Notes: a model not told the origin generated them from the letters alone. A stretch of 64,000 bases of DNA from Pseudomonadota bacterium (GCA_036154895.1 JAYZWD010000005.1:66334-130333), one strand, 5' to 3'. Counted from the stretch's first letter, positions 10,683-21,558 are shown. Numbers and translations are program-made.

Positions 10683-11121
10683 CCAGTCGCTCCATCATCT
10701 CGTCGGGGCCGTCCAGGATGGCGCGGCGCCCGGCACCGTCACGCTCCAGCCGGATCGCCAGCGCCCCCACGGCATGCGCGGGGTCCAGCCTGTCGGGCCA
10801 TTCGACCAGGCAGACGCCGGCAGCCATCGCGTCCTCCAGCCCGATCTCCAGCGTGTCGTCGGGGCCGGAGAGCCGGTAGAGGTCGAAATGGGCAATCGTC
10901 AGTCCAGGCAGGTCATAGGGAATCACAAGGTTGAATGTAGGGCTCGGAACGTCGATCGCCATCCCTGCCCGGGCCTGGATGATCGCCCGGGCCAGCGTGG
11001 TCTTGCCCGATCCCAGGTCGCCCTCCAGCAGGATCATGTCTCCTGCGGCAAGGCCCGATGCCAGTCGGTGGCCGAGGCGGACGGTCGCGGCTTCGTCTTC
11101 CAGCGGGATGTCGCGGTGCAT
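10672..11121 (-). CDS. tsaE: tRNA t6A biosynthesis ATPase TsaE
   Basis: C-terminal part of ORF 10672..12168, from ATG 11121. Motifs LEGDLGSGKTT, VPSPTF, HFDLYRL, EIG, VEWP. Confidence 0.95.
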   Translation of the reverse strand: MHRDIPLEDEAATVRLGHRLASGLAAGDMILLEGDLGSGKTTLARAIIQARAGMAIDVPSPTFNLVIPYDLPGLTIAHFDLYRLSGPDDTLEIGLEDAMAAGVCLVEWPDRLDPAHAVGALAIRLERDGAGRRAILDGPDEMMERLGAA

Positions 11122-11135
11122 GGCCGGGGCTGTCT

Positions 11136-13328
11136 TCAGGACAGGCGGTCGGTGAGGTCCGTCACCCGGTCGCCGGCGTCGTCCCCGGGGTCGCGGCGGT
11201 TGACGAAGTGGCAGTTGACCGTGGTGCCGACACCGACCTTCGAGCGCAGTTCGACCGAGCCACCCAGCAGTTCCATAAGGTTGCGCACCAGCGCGAGGCC
11301 CAGGCCGGCGCCGCGGCGGGTATGGCGGTCGCTGGTCCGGAAGGTCTCGAAGACGCGCTCCTGCTCCTCGTCGGGGATGCCGATGCCGTTGTCCTCGACC
11401 CAGATGTCGATGCCGCTGCCGGACGCCCCGGCGCCCACGGTGACCTCGCCGCCGGGCGGGGTGAACTTGACCGCATTGCTGACCAGGTTGCCCAGGATCT
11501 GTCGTACCCGGCGCGAGTCGCCGTGCAGCAGCGGCAGGTTCGGCGGCAGTTCGGTGCGCATGGCGATCTGGCGGCGGTCCGCCCGCTCCCTGAAGCGGTC
11601 GATGACCTCGTCGATCACCTCCTCGACGCCGAAATCGGTGCGGTCGACCTGCAGGTGGCCGGCCTGGATCGATGCAAGGTCCAGCATGTCGTTGATCATG
11701 CCGAGGAACTGCTCCGACGCCTCCAGGATGCCGGCCGAATACTCGCGCTGCCGCTCGTTCAGGGTGCCGAAGTAGTCGTTGTGCAGGATTTCCGTGAAGC
11801 CGAGGATCGTGTTGAGCGGCGTCCGCAACTCGTAGGACATGTTCTCCAGGAACTCGCTCTTGATCATGTCGGCGGCGACCAGCGCCTCGTTGCGTTCGCG
11901 CAGCGCGCGCTCGATGCGCATGGAGTCCGTGACATCGAGGTAGGTGAACAGGGTCCGCCCGTCGGGCAGCCCGGTCGAGGCGAACTCGATGAAGCGGCCG
12001 TCGGGCAGGTCCAGCCGGCCGTCGCCCGAGCGCATCTCGGTGGCGCTGGCGATCAGGCTGTCGCGCCATTCCAGCAATTGCGCCGGGCGGCCCAGCGCCC
12101 CGATCACCAGGTCGACCACGTCGCGGATATGCGGGTCGGTGGCCACGAACTCCGGCGACAGCCCCCACAGCTCGCGATATCCGACGTTGGTCAGGTTCAG
12201 CTTGCCGTCCGGTCCGAACACCGCCACCGCCTCGTGCAGGTTGTCCAGCACCGCGCGCAGCGTCGCGATGTAGGTGTTGAGATTGCGCTCCAGCACGATG
12301 CGGTCGGTGGCGTCGTCGAAGGTGAACAGCAGGCCACCGAAGGCGTGGCGGGTGACCACCTCGCGCAGCATCCGCTCGTCGGGGCGCTGGTACAGTTCCT
12401 CGTAGGGCTCCATCAGCGTGGTGAACAGGTCGTCGCGGTGCTTGCGGAACTGCCGGTACTCGGTCTGCTCGGGCAGCTTGCGCATCTGGTAGAGGCGGTC
12501 CAGCACCTCGACCATGGTCGGCCGTCCGGAAACGAAGTCATCCTCCAGCGACCACAGCGTCTTCCAGGCCTTGTTGGCGAAGATCAGCCGCTTGTCGCGG
12601 TCATAGATCGCCACCGCCGTGCTCATGACCTCCAGCACGTCGTTGTAGGCATGCACCTGCCGGCGCAGTTCGCGGCGCAGTTCGTCGGTCGCGGTGATGT
12701 CGATGGCGAAGCCGGCCGACTCGTCCTCGCCCAGCAGCGGGGTCTCGACGACGTGGAAGACGCGGCGCTGGCCCTCGACGACGAAGCGGCGTTCCTCGCT
12801 GACCGGCGTTTCCTCGTCGCGGGCGCGCGCCACCAGCAATTGCGGCTGTGCCAGGTCGATGGCCGAGGCGATCTCGTCGCTGTCGGAGCCTTCGCCGACC
12901 ACGGTGCGGTGGGTGTCGTTGCGCCAGACGATGTCGCCGGCCAGGTCGCGGCGCCAGACCGCGACGGGGGCCGCGTTCAGCAGGCGGCGGAAATTGTCGC
13001 GCTCGCGTCCGAGGGAGACCAGCTTGTCGCGCAGCACGCCGGCTTCCACGGTCATGCGCTCGGCCCGCTCCGTGGCCTCGTCGCGCAGGGCCTCGCAGGC
13101 CTCGGCGCGTGCGCGGCAGGCGTCCATCGCCAGCTTCTGGCGGCGCAGGCGGCCGGCCATCGCCAGCCAGAGCAGGGAAATGCCGATCCCGACCCCGCCC
13201 GCCAGCGCGATCAGCGGGGTCCAGTCGGCGCCGGCGGCATTGTCCGCGGCACGAGCGGGAACACCGGTCAGTGCGGCCACGACCGGCGCAGTCAGCCATC
13301 CCAGTTTCGCAGCAAACCTGCGCGCCAT
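11136..13328 (-). CDS. divL: DivL-type PAS-domain pseudo-histidine kinase (Tyr at the H-box)
   Basis: N-terminal hydrophobic segments, several PAS-like repeats, H-box ENMSYELRTPL with Tyr replacing His, and HATPase boxes (NLVSNAVKF, DNGIGI, GAGLGL). Typical position upstream of tsaE/addAB. Start codon uncertain. Confidence 0.82.
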   Translation of the reverse strand: MARRFAAKLGWLTAPVVAALTGVPARAADNAAGADWTPLIALAGGVGIGISLLWLAMAGRLRRQKLAMDACRARAEACEALRDEATERAERMTVEAGVLRDKLVSLGRERDNFRRLLNAAPVAVWRRDLAGDIVWRNDTHRTVVGEGSDSDEIASAIDLAQPQLLVARARDEETPVSEERRFVVEGQRRVFHVVETPLLGEDESAGFAIDITATDELRRELRRQVHAYNDVLEVMSTAVAIYDRDKRLIFANKAWKTLWSLEDDFVSGRPTMVEVLDRLYQMRKLPEQTEYRQFRKHRDDLFTTLMEPYEELYQRPDERMLREVVTRHAFGGLLFTFDDATDRIVLERNLNTYIATLRAVLDNLHEAVAVFGPDGKLNLTNVGYRELWGLSPEFVATDPHIRDVVDLVIGALGRPAQLLEWRDSLIASATEMRSGDGRLDLPDGRFIEFASTGLPDGRTLFTYLDVTDSMRIERALRERNEALVAADMIKSEFLENMSYELRTPLNTILGFTEILHNDYFGTLNERQREYSAGILEASEQFLGMINDMLDLASIQAGHLQVDRTDFGVEEVIDEVIDRFRERADRRQIAMRTELPPNLPLLHGDSRRVRQILGNLVSNAVKFTPPGGEVTVGAGASGSGIDIWVEDNGIGIPDEEQERVFETFRTSDRHTRRGAGLGLALVRNLMELLGGSVELRSKVGVGTTVNCHFVNRRDPGDDAGDRVTDLTDRLS

Positions 13329-13383
13329 CGAATCAGCCGTGCCTCCGGCTCCGAATCCTAGAGCATTTCGCACGGCGATGGCA

Positions 13384-13418
13384 TCACCGGCCCGCAAGGC
13401 GCCCTTGCGGGCCGGTGA
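13384..13418. terminator. Perfect 16-bp inverted repeat just downstream of ahcY
   Basis: TCACCGGCCCGCAAGG-cgc-CCTTGCGGGCCGGTGA. There is no U-tract, so it may be a weak terminator or an mRNA-stabilising hairpin. Confidence 0.6.
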
Positions 13419-13423
13419 ATGGC

Positions 13424-14719
13424 TCAGTAGCGGTAGTGGTCCGGCTTGTACGGACCCTCGGCGGCCAGTCCGAGATATGCGGCCTGCTTGTCGGTCATCT
13501 TCGTCAGGCGGGCGCCGAGGCGTGCCAGATGCAGCGAGGCGACCTTCTCGTCCAGGTGCTTGGGCAGCACGTAGACCTTGTTGTCGTAGTTGCCGTGGTT
13601 CTTCCAGAGCTCGATCTGGGCCAGCACCTGGTTGGTGAACGAGGCGCTCATGACAAAGCTCGGATGGCCGGTGGCGCAGCCGAGGTTCACCAGCCGGCCC
13701 TCGGCCAGCAGGATGATGCGCTTGCCGTCCGGGAACTCGATCTCGTCGACCTGCGGCTTGACGTTGTGCCAGGGGTAGTTGCGCAGGCTGGCCACCTGGA
13801 TCTCGCTGTCGAAGTGGCCGATGTTGCAGACGATGGCGCGGTCCTTCATCTGGCGCATGTGATCCTGGGTGATCACGTCGACATTGCCGGTGGCGGTGAC
13901 GAAGATGTCGGCCCGGGGCGCCATGTCGTCCATGGTCGCGACCTCGTAGCCCTCCATCGCCGCCTGCAGCGCGCAGATCGGGTCGATCTCGGAGACGACG
14001 ACGCGGGCACCCTGGCTGCGCAGGCTCTCGGCCGATCCCTTGCCGACGTCACCATAGCCGCAGACCATGGCGATCTTGCCGGCCAGCATCACGTCGGTCG
14101 CGCGCTTGATGCCGTCGACCAGGCTCTCGCGGCAGCCGTACAGGTTGTCGAACTTGGACTTGGTCACCGAGTCGTTCACGTTGATGGCGGGAACCTTCAG
14201 GGTGCCGGCCTTGGCCATCTCGTAGAGGCGATGCACGCCGGTCGTGGTTTCCTCGGACAGGCCGCGCACGTCGGCCAGCAGTTCCGGAAACTTCTCGTGC
14301 ATGCGCTGGGTCAGGTCGCCGCCGTCGTCCAGGATCAGGTTCGGACGCCAGCCGTCCGGCCCCTCGATGGTCTGGTCGATGCACCACCAGAACGAGTCCT
14401 CGTCCATGCCCTTCCAGGCGAAGACGGGGATCCTGGCGGCGGCAATGGCGGCCGCGGCCTGGTCCTGGGTCGAGAAGATGTTGCACGACGACCAGCGGAT
14501 GGTGGCGCCCAGCGCGATCAGGGTCTCGATCAGCACGGCGGTCTGGATGGTCATGTGCAGGCAGCCGGCGATGCGGGCACCCTTCAGCGGCTGCTCGGCG
14601 CCGAACTCGTCGCGCAGCGCCATCAGGCCGGGCATCTCGGTCTCGGCGATCGCGATTTCCTTGCGGCCCCAGTCGGCCAGCTTCATGTCGGCGACCTTGT
14701 AGTCGGTAAACGTGCTCAT
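13424..14719 (-). CDS. ahcY: S-adenosylhomocysteine hydrolase
   Basis: [50 protein letters not shown] and C-terminal HYRY. Confidence 0.98.
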   Translation of the reverse strand: MSTFTDYKVADMKLADWGRKEIAIAETEMPGLMALRDEFGAEQPLKGARIAGCLHMTIQTAVLIETLIALGATIRWSSCNIFSTQDQAAAAIAAARIPVFAWKGMDEDSFWWCIDQTIEGPDGWRPNLILDDGGDLTQRMHEKFPELLADVRGLSEETTTGVHRLYEMAKAGTLKVPAINVNDSVTKSKFDNLYGCRESLVDGIKRATDVMLAGKIAMVCGYGDVGKGSAESLRSQGARVVVSEIDPICALQAAMEGYEVATMDDMAPRADIFVTATGNVDVITQDHMRQMKDRAIVCNIGHFDSEIQVASLRNYPWHNVKPQVDEIEFPDGKRIILLAEGRLVNLGCATGHPSFVMSASFTNQVLAQIELWKNHGNYDNKVYVLPKHLDEKVASLHLARLGARLTKMTDKQAAYLGLAAEGPYKPDHYRY

Positions 14720-14838
14720 GCCTTGCTCCGGAAATGCAGTACGGGCGCCGGCGGACGCGGCGCAGAGGGACTGGCGGGCTATCTAGCAGCGGTTGACCCG
14801 GACGGCAAGGAAGCCCGGCGCGCCGGGCTGTCGCGGTC

Positions 14839-15675
14839 TCAGCCGATCAGCCTGGCGTAGTCGTCGAGCAGGGCCAACACCTCGTCACGGCCCTTGTCGG
14901 GCACGTCGAACAGCACGCGGTCGATACCGGCCTCGCGGCAGGCGTCCAGGTAGGCCGGCTCGGGCAGGGCGCGGAAGACGCTGACCGACAGGGTCGACAT
15001 CGACCGTCCGGCCGCGTCGGCAATCCGGGTCAGGCGCGCCATCCCCTCGGCGGGGTTGAAGCGCGGGCTGTGGCGCGGGAACCAGCCGTCGGCGAAATCG
15101 ACGACGCGGCGCAGCGTGTGGTCGGTCTCGCCGCCCAGCAGGATCGGCGGATGCGGGTCCTGCGCGGGCTTGGGCCAGGACCAGACCGGGTCGAAGTTCA
15201 CGAACTCGCCGTGGAACTCGGCCTCGTCCTCGGTCCAGAGTGCCTTCATCGCCTTGAGGCGCTCCTCCATCAGGCGGAAGCGGCTGGCATGCCCGGTGCC
15301 GTGGTTCTCCATCTCCTCGACATTCCAGCCGGCGCCGGCACCGAACTCGAAGCGACCACCCGACAGCAGGTCCAGGCTGGCCGCCGCCTTGGCGGTGACG
15401 ATGGGATCGCGCTGGATCACCAGGCAGATGCCGGTGCCAAGGCGCAGGGTCTTCGTCGCGGCGGCCGCGAAGGACAGCGCCACGAACGGGTCGTGGGTAT
15501 GGCGATAGCGTTCGGGCAGCTCGCCGCCGCCGGGGAACGGCGTGCGCCGGCTCACCGGAATGTGGGTGTGCTCGCAGACGAACAGCGATTCGAATCCGCG
15601 GGCCTCCATCTCGCGTGCGAGTTCCGCCACGTCGATCGAGTAGGCCGTCGGAAAATGAAACGTTCCGATCTTCAT
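14839..15675 (-). CDS. LLM-class (luciferase-like) oxidoreductase, probable F420-dependent family
   Basis: GFESLFVCEHTHIP, DPFVALSFAA, LDLLSGGRF, GAGWN.EE, FHGEFV, PPILLGG. Confidence 0.85.
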   Translation of the reverse strand: MKIGTFHFPTAYSIDVAELAREMEARGFESLFVCEHTHIPVSRRTPFPGGGELPERYRHTHDPFVALSFAAAATKTLRLGTGICLVIQRDPIVTAKAAASLDLLSGGRFEFGAGAGWNVEEMENHGTGHASRFRLMEERLKAMKALWTEDEAEFHGEFVNFDPVWSWPKPAQDPHPPILLGGETDHTLRRVVDFADGWFPRHSPRFNPAEGMARLTRIADAAGRSMSTLSVSVFRALPEPAYLDACREAGIDRVLFDVPDKGRDEVLALLDDYARLIG

Positions 15676-15861
15676 TGGCCGGTCATCCTCCCCTGGTCGC
15701 CGGCGCCGGCCTTTGCCTGCCGTGCTTCCGACTGTCGACGGCGATCATAGGGCAGCACCGGCATTCGTCGAGCGTTCCGCGTGCGGAACCCTGTGACAGG
15801 AGGGGGCTTGGCGCGGCCGCGCCGCCATGGCCACAATCGCGAAACAGGGGAGGAGCGAACA

Positions 15862-16761
15862 ATGGGCGAGCGGATCGGTTTCGTCGGTCTTGGCGCGATG
15901 GGCGGGCCGATGGCTGCCAACCTCGTGCGCAAGGGCCACGACGTGACGGTGTTCGACACCGATCCGGCGCGCACGGTGCCGCTGGCCGAGCTGGGCGCCG
16001 CCGTCGTCGAGACGCTGGCGGAACTCGCGGCCGCCGCGGACGTGGTCATCACCATGCTGCCCGACTCGCCCGACGTGGAGGCGGTCGTGCTGGGGCCGGG
16101 CGGGATCCGGGAACATGGGCGCGCCGACATGCTGGTCATGGACATGTCGACCATCGCGCCGGCCACCACCGACCGCCTGGCCGCAACGCTGCGGGACAGC
16201 GGCATCGGCTTCGTCGACGCGCCGGTGGGCCGACTGGTTGCCCACGCCATCCGGGGCGAGTCGCTGTTCATGGTCGGCGCCAGCGGCAACGACCTTGGCC
16301 GGGTCCGGCCGATGCTGGAGGCGATGGGGTCCACGATCCACCATTGCGGTGCGCCCGGCACCGGCATCCGCACCAAGCTGGTCAACAACCTGGTGGCCAT
16401 CGCCGTCTGCCAGGTCAATGCCGAGGCGATGACGCTTGCCGCCGCCTTCGGGCTGGACACGGCGAAGACGCTCGACGTCATCAACGGCACCACGGCGACC
16501 AATGGTCATCTCGCCAGCGCCTGGCCCAACAAGGTGCTGAAGGGCGACACCGAGCCGGGCTTCCGTATCGCGCTGGCCCACAAGGACGTGGCGCTGGCGC
16601 TGGAGGCCGCGCGGGCGGCGGGCATCCCGATGTTCGCCGGTGCCAGCGTGCGCGAGGCGCTGGCGGCGGCCAGGGGCACGGCCGGCTTTGCCGACCGGGA
16701 TTTCTCCGCCCTGCTCGATTTCGTTGCCGGCATGGCCGGCATCGTGCCGCCGAGGCTCTGA
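15862..16761 (+). CDS. Beta-hydroxyacid dehydrogenase family reductase, YihU (sulfolactaldehyde reductase)-like
   Basis: GLGAMG Rossmann fold, DMSTI, DAPVGR, GIRTKLVNN, WPNKVL.GD..P.F.I.LAHKD. GGAGGAG RBS before ATG 15862. Confidence 0.8.
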   Translation: MGERIGFVGLGAMGGPMAANLVRKGHDVTVFDTDPARTVPLAELGAAVVETLAELAAAADVVITMLPDSPDVEAVVLGPGGIREHGRADMLVMDMSTIAPATTDRLAATLRDSGIGFVDAPVGRLVAHAIRGESLFMVGASGNDLGRVRPMLEAMGSTIHHCGAPGTGIRTKLVNNLVAIAVCQVNAEAMTLAAAFGLDTAKTLDVINGTTATNGHLASAWPNKVLKGDTEPGFRIALAHKDVALALEAARAAGIPMFAGASVREALAAARGTAGFADRDFSALLDFVAGMAGIVPPRL

Positions 16762-16763
16762 TC

Positions 16764-18350
16764 ATGGCGACATTCGGCGAGGCATTGCTGGCGGGCCTGC
16801 ACGACCGCGGGACCCGGACGGTATTCGGGGTTCCCGGCGGCGGGTCCAGCCTGGAACTGATCGAGGCCGCGGGGCGGCTGGGCATGGAGTTCGTGCTGAC
16901 ACGCGGCGAGACCGCAGCCTGCCTGATGGCGGCGGTGACGGGGCAACTCACCGGGTCGCCGGGTGCGGCGCTGGTGGGGGTCGGTCCGGGCGCGGCGGCG
17001 GCGATGAACGGCGTCGCCTATGCCAGCCTGGAACGGGCGCCGATGGTGTTGTTCGCCGACCGCATCGTGCCGACGCCGGCGCGACCCACGTGGCACCAGG
17101 TCTATGACCAGCCCGCCAGCTTCGCACCGGTGACCAAGGCCGCGCGCTGGGTCATCGTCGAGATGGGCACGGCGACGGTCGCGGAGCTGCTCGACCTGCC
17201 GCTGGCACATCCGCAGGGGCCGGTGGCGCTGGATCTTTCGGCCGCGGACGCCGGCAAGCCCTATGACCCCATCCCGCAGCCGCCGGAGCGGGGCACCGGC
17301 ATCCAGATGCCGGCCGAGGCGCGGGCGATGCTTGCCGCGGCGCGCCGCCCCGTCGTCATTGCCGGCCTGCAGGCGCGCCGGCACCAGCAGGCGGTCCGCG
17401 CCTTCGCCGCCGCCATCGACGCGGCGTGCCTGACCACCTTCAAGGCCAAGGGCACCATCGACGATGACGATCCGGCGCTGGTCGGCCACTTCACCGGCGG
17501 AACGGCCGAGGCGGCGCTGCTGGATGCCGCCGACCTGATCGTGCTGGTGGGCCATGACCCGATCGAGATGATCCCCGCCGCCTGGAGCTGGACGGCGCCG
17601 GTGCTGGCGCTGTCGGAGTGGGACTGGTCGGCCACGGGCGGCGTGCCGCGCGAGGCCGTGATGGTGACCGGCGATCTCGGTGCCAGCCTGGCGGCGCTGC
17701 AGCCGGCGGGCCCGCAGGAGGGCTGGTCGGGCCGCGCGACCCAGTTCAAGGCAGCCTGGCGGCAGCGGGTCCGCTATCCGGACGTGCCGGGCATCTCGCC
17801 CGACAGCGTGGTCGACCTGGCGCGCACGCTGGCGCCGGCCGATGCCCGGCTGACGGTGGACGCCGGGGCGCACATGTTTCCGGCACTCGCCCGCTGGCAC
17901 GCGCACGAGGGCTGTGGCGTGCTGAAGTCGAACGGGCTCTCGACCATGGGCTACGCCCTGCCGGCGGCCATCGCCAGCCAGGTGGTCGAGCCGGCCCGCA
18001 CGGCAGTCGCGATCACCGGGGACGGCGGCATGATGATGAGCCTGGGTGAACTGGCCACCGCCGCGGCCCGCGGGCAGGACATCGTGCTGATCGTGCTGAA
18101 CGACGCCCTGCTCACGCTGATCGACGTCAAGCAGCAGAAGCAGCAGCGGCGCCGGGCCGGCGTCGAACTCGGCCTGCAGGACTTCGCGGCCGCGGCCCGC
18201 GCCTTCGGCTGGACTGCCTGGACCGTGGACAGGGCGGACGGGCTGGAGCCGGCGATGACGGCTGCCTTCGCGGCCACGGGTCCACGGCTGCTGGATGTCC
18301 GGATCGATCCCTCGGGCTATGGTGATCTGCTGGACGCCTGGCGGGGCTGA
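16764..18350 (+). CDS. Thiamine diphosphate-dependent enzyme (acetolactate synthase-like superfamily)
   Basis: VFGVPG, RGE catalytic Glu region, GPG, TMGYALPAAI and the ThDP motif GDGG...N. Starts 2 bp after the upstream stop. Confidence 0.85.
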   Translation: MATFGEALLAGLHDRGTRTVFGVPGGGSSLELIEAAGRLGMEFVLTRGETAACLMAAVTGQLTGSPGAALVGVGPGAAAAMNGVAYASLERAPMVLFADRIVPTPARPTWHQVYDQPASFAPVTKAARWVIVEMGTATVAELLDLPLAHPQGPVALDLSAADAGKPYDPIPQPPERGTGIQMPAEARAMLAAARRPVVIAGLQARRHQQAVRAFAAAIDAACLTTFKAKGTIDDDDPALVGHFTGGTAEAALLDAADLIVLVGHDPIEMIPAAWSWTAPVLALSEWDWSATGGVPREAVMVTGDLGASLAALQPAGPQEGWSGRATQFKAAWRQRVRYPDVPGISPDSVVDLARTLAPADARLTVDAGAHMFPALARWHAHEGCGVLKSNGLSTMGYALPAAIASQVVEPARTAVAITGDGGMMMSLGELATAAARGQDIVLIVLNDALLTLIDVKQQKQQRRRAGVELGLQDFAAAARAFGWTAWTVDRADGLEPAMTAAFAATGPRLLDVRIDPSGYGDLLDAWRG

Positions 18351-18444
18351 GCGCCGGTGACGTAGCGGCCGAATCGGAGGTTTCCATTCCGTTTCCCGCG
18401 CCATATAAGGTGCGCCTGCTCTGAACGGGCTGGAGGACGAGACT

Positions 18445-19830
18445 ATGGTAGCGAAGGACTGGACACCGGACAGCTGGCGGTCGAAGCCGATCCGTCAGGT
18501 TCCGGAATATCCCGATGCGGCGGCGCTCGCCGCGGTCGAGGAACAGCTTGCCGCCTATCCGCCGCTCGTCTTTGCCGGCGAGACCCGCAACCTGAAGGCC
18601 TCGCTTGCAAAGGTGGCGGCCGGGCAGGCTTTTCTGCTGCAGGGCGGCGACTGCGCCGAGAGCTTTGCGGAATTCAGTGCCAACAACATCCGCGACACCT
18701 TCAAGGTGCTGCTGCAGATGGCCGTGGTGCTGACCTTCGGCGCGCAGTTGCCGGTGGTGAAGGTCGGTCGCCTGGCCGGCCAGTTCGCCAAGCCGCGTTC
18801 GGCGCCGACCGAGGTGGTGGACGGCGTCGAGATGCCGATCTACCGCGGTGACATCATCAACGGCATCGACGCGACGCTGGAGGCCCGGCAGCCGGACCCG
18901 CAGCGCATGCTGCGCGTCTACACCCAGTCGGCCGCGACCCTGAACCTGCTGCGCGCCTTTGCCCAGGGCGGCTTCGCCGACCTGCACCGGGTGCACCAGT
19001 GGAACCTGGGCTTCGTCTCCGACAGCCCGGCCGGCCACCGCTACCAGGAGATGGCGGACCGCATCTCGGACGCGCTGTCGTTCATGAACGCCTGCGGCGT
19101 GAACGCCGAGAGCACGCCGTCCATCGGCCGCGTCGACTTCTACACCAGCCACGAGGCGCTGCTGCTGGGCTACGAGCAGGGCCTGACCCGCGTGGATTCC
19201 ACCTCGGGCCGCTGGGTGGACACCTCGGCACATTTCCTCTGGATCGGCGACCGCACCCGCGTGCTGGACGAGGCGCATGTCGAGTTCCTGCGCGGCGTGA
19301 TGAACCCGATCGGCATGAAGTGCGGCCCGACCATCGAGCCCGATGACCTGCTGCGCCTGCTGGACCGGCTGAACCCGACCAACGAGGCCGGTCGCATGAC
19401 CCTGATCTCGCGGTTCGGCGCGGGCAAGGCGGGCGAGAAGCTGGGCCGGCTGATCCGCGCGCTGAAGCGGGAGGGCCGGACGGTGGTCTGGTCGTGCGAC
19501 CCGATGCACGGCAATACCATCAAGTCCGCCACGGGCTACAAGACGCGGCCGTTCGACCGCATCCTGCAGGAGGTCCGGGAGGTCTTCGAGATCCACATGG
19601 CCGAGGGCTCGACCATGGGCGGCGTGCATTTCGAGATGACCGGCCAGCAGGTGACGGAGTGCACCGGCGGTGCGCAGGAGATCACGGACGAGACCCTGCA
19701 GGACCGCTACCACACCCACTGCGACCCGCGGCTGAACGCCAGCCAGGCCCTGGAACTGGCGTTCCTGATCGCCGAGATGCTGAAGAAGCAGCGGAGCGAC
19801 GTCGATGTCGGGCTCCGGCAGGCGTCCTGA
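18445..19830 (+). CDS. Class II 3-deoxy-7-phosphoheptulonate (DAHP) synthase
   Basis: [45 protein letters not shown]. Confidence 0.96.
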   Translation: MVAKDWTPDSWRSKPIRQVPEYPDAAALAAVEEQLAAYPPLVFAGETRNLKASLAKVAAGQAFLLQGGDCAESFAEFSANNIRDTFKVLLQMAVVLTFGAQLPVVKVGRLAGQFAKPRSAPTEVVDGVEMPIYRGDIINGIDATLEARQPDPQRMLRVYTQSAATLNLLRAFAQGGFADLHRVHQWNLGFVSDSPAGHRYQEMADRISDALSFMNACGVNAESTPSIGRVDFYTSHEALLLGYEQGLTRVDSTSGRWVDTSAHFLWIGDRTRVLDEAHVEFLRGVMNPIGMKCGPTIEPDDLLRLLDRLNPTNEAGRMTLISRFGAGKAGEKLGRLIRALKREGRTVVWSCDPMHGNTIKSATGYKTRPFDRILQEVREVFEIHMAEGSTMGGVHFEMTGQQVTECTGGAQEITDETLQDRYHTHCDPRLNASQALELAFLIAEMLKKQRSDVDVGLRQAS

Positions 19831-20989
19831 GGCAGAGACCAGCGCGACCGGCGGGGCTCCGGAGGACGGGGCCCCGCTGGAAGCGGCCATTGCCAGCCGC
19901 ACCGACCACTATTTCCGCCGCACCCGCGCCATCGTCGAACGCTTCGGCGACAACCGCGTCACCTATGCCGTGTTCATGCGGCGCCCGGTGCTGTTCAGCC
20001 CGCGGCTGGCGGTCGACTGGCTGCGCCAGGTCGCGGCGGCGCGTGGCACGGACTTCGACATCCGGCCCTGCCATGCCGAGGGTGACTGGGTCGGTGCCGG
20101 CGATCCGCTGATCTATCTCTCCGGCAGCCTGCGCCACCTGGTCGACCTGGAAACGCTGTACCTGCAGAAGCTCGGGGCCGCCTGCGTCGCCGCCTACAAC
20201 GCCTACTCGATGTGCGCGGACCTGCCCTATGCCGGCTTCCTGGCGATGGATGCCCGCCATTGCACCGGCCCGGACATGGCCGAGATGATGGCCTATGCCG
20301 CCTCGGTCGGCTCGGCGGCGGCGCGCCGGGAGAAGGGCGCGGTCGGCTTCGTCGGCAATGCCACCGATGCCACGGCACACTTCTTCGGCCGCGATGGCGG
20401 CCTTGGCACCATGCCGCACGCCCTGATCGGCTATGCCGGCTCGACGCTCCGGGCCGCCGAGATGTTCCGCGAGGTCTACCCGGACGACGCGATGACCGTG
20501 CTGGTCGACTATTTCGGCCGCGAGATTACCGACGCGCTGACGGTCTGCCGCCGGTTCCCCGACTTCGCCAGCACCGGCAAGCTGTCGATCCGCCTCGACA
20601 CCCATGGCAGCCGCTATGTCGAGGGACTGGACCCGGCCAACTCCTACGACGTGCTGGAGCGCCACGTGCCCAACGCCACGCGCCAGTACCGCACCGAGAC
20701 CGAGCTGCGCCACCTGATCGGCACCGGCGTCTCGGCCGCCGCGATCTTCCATGCCCGCGAGCACCTGGACCGGGAGGGCTTCGACAAGGTGAAGATCGTC
20801 GCCTCCTCGGGCTTCGGGCCGGAGAAGTGCCGCGTCATGGGCTCGGTCCGCGCTCCGATCGATACCGTCGGTACCGGCTCCTACCTGCCGGAGCGCTGGT
20901 CGGAGACCTACGCCACCGCCGACATCATCGACTATGACGGCACGCCGCGCGTGAAGCTCGGCCGCGAGTTCCTGCTGCAGAAATCATGA
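19805..20989 (+). CDS. Nicotinate phosphoribosyltransferase family protein
   Basis: [36 protein letters not shown]. Start uncertain (overlaps the DAHP synthase end). Confidence 0.8.
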   Translation: MSGSGRRPEAETSATGGAPEDGAPLEAAIASRTDHYFRRTRAIVERFGDNRVTYAVFMRRPVLFSPRLAVDWLRQVAAARGTDFDIRPCHAEGDWVGAGDPLIYLSGSLRHLVDLETLYLQKLGAACVAAYNAYSMCADLPYAGFLAMDARHCTGPDMAEMMAYAASVGSAAARREKGAVGFVGNATDATAHFFGRDGGLGTMPHALIGYAGSTLRAAEMFREVYPDDAMTVLVDYFGREITDALTVCRRFPDFASTGKLSIRLDTHGSRYVEGLDPANSYDVLERHVPNATRQYRTETELRHLIGTGVSAAAIFHAREHLDREGFDKVKIVASSGFGPEKCRVMGSVRAPIDTVGTGSYLPERWSETYATADIIDYDGTPRVKLGREFLLQKS

Positions 20990-21462
20990 GCATCCGCGTC
21001 AGCGCCGCCACCGGTCCCGACGACATCGCCGCCGCGCGGACGTTGTTCCTGGAATATGCCGAAAGCCTGGACTTCAACCTCTGCTTCCAGGGCTTCGACG
21101 CCGAGATGGCGCGCTTCCCGGGCGAGTACGCGCCGCCCGGCGGCACCCTGCTGCTGGCCCGCGACGGCGACGCGGTGGTCGGCTGCGTGGCGCTGCGGCC
21201 GGCACCCGACGGCTTCGGCGAGATGAAGCGGCTCTATCTCCGCCCGGCCGCACGCGGCACCGGCGCGGGGCGGGCGCTGGCCGTCGCGGTGATCGAGGTG
21301 GCACGGGCGCTGGGCAAGAAAGGCGTGCTGCTGGATACCGCGACCAGCATGGTGGCCGCCGCCAGCCTCTACCGCGATCTCGGCTTCCGCCAGGTCGACG
21401 GCCCGCCGGGCGGAGCCGGTGAACCCGAATTGCTGTACTTCCGGCTGGAATTCCCGGGCTGA
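20986..21462 (+). CDS. GNAT family N-acetyltransferase
   Basis: EMKRLY.RP.ARG.G.GR acetyl-CoA motif, LDT, LY..LGF. ATGA coupling to the upstream gene. Confidence 0.9.
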   Translation: MSIRVSAATGPDDIAAARTLFLEYAESLDFNLCFQGFDAEMARFPGEYAPPGGTLLLARDGDAVVGCVALRPAPDGFGEMKRLYLRPAARGTGAGRALAVAVIEVARALGKKGVLLDTATSMVAAASLYRDLGFRQVDGPPGGAGEPELLYFRLEFPG

Positions 21463-21558
21463 CGTCGTTGCCTGCCCGGGGCTGGCCCGGGTGCGATGGC
21501 ACCGCTGTTGGTCGATTGCGCTGCAAAGCGTTTCGCCGGTCGGTCGACGCACGGATGC

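Noticed and set aside
14720-14838. Possible SAH riboswitch upstream of ahcY
   Set aside because: The conserved GAGGAGCG...AGGCUC core is not visible. There is only a TTGCCG-N17-TAGATA promoter-like element and a short GC hairpin.
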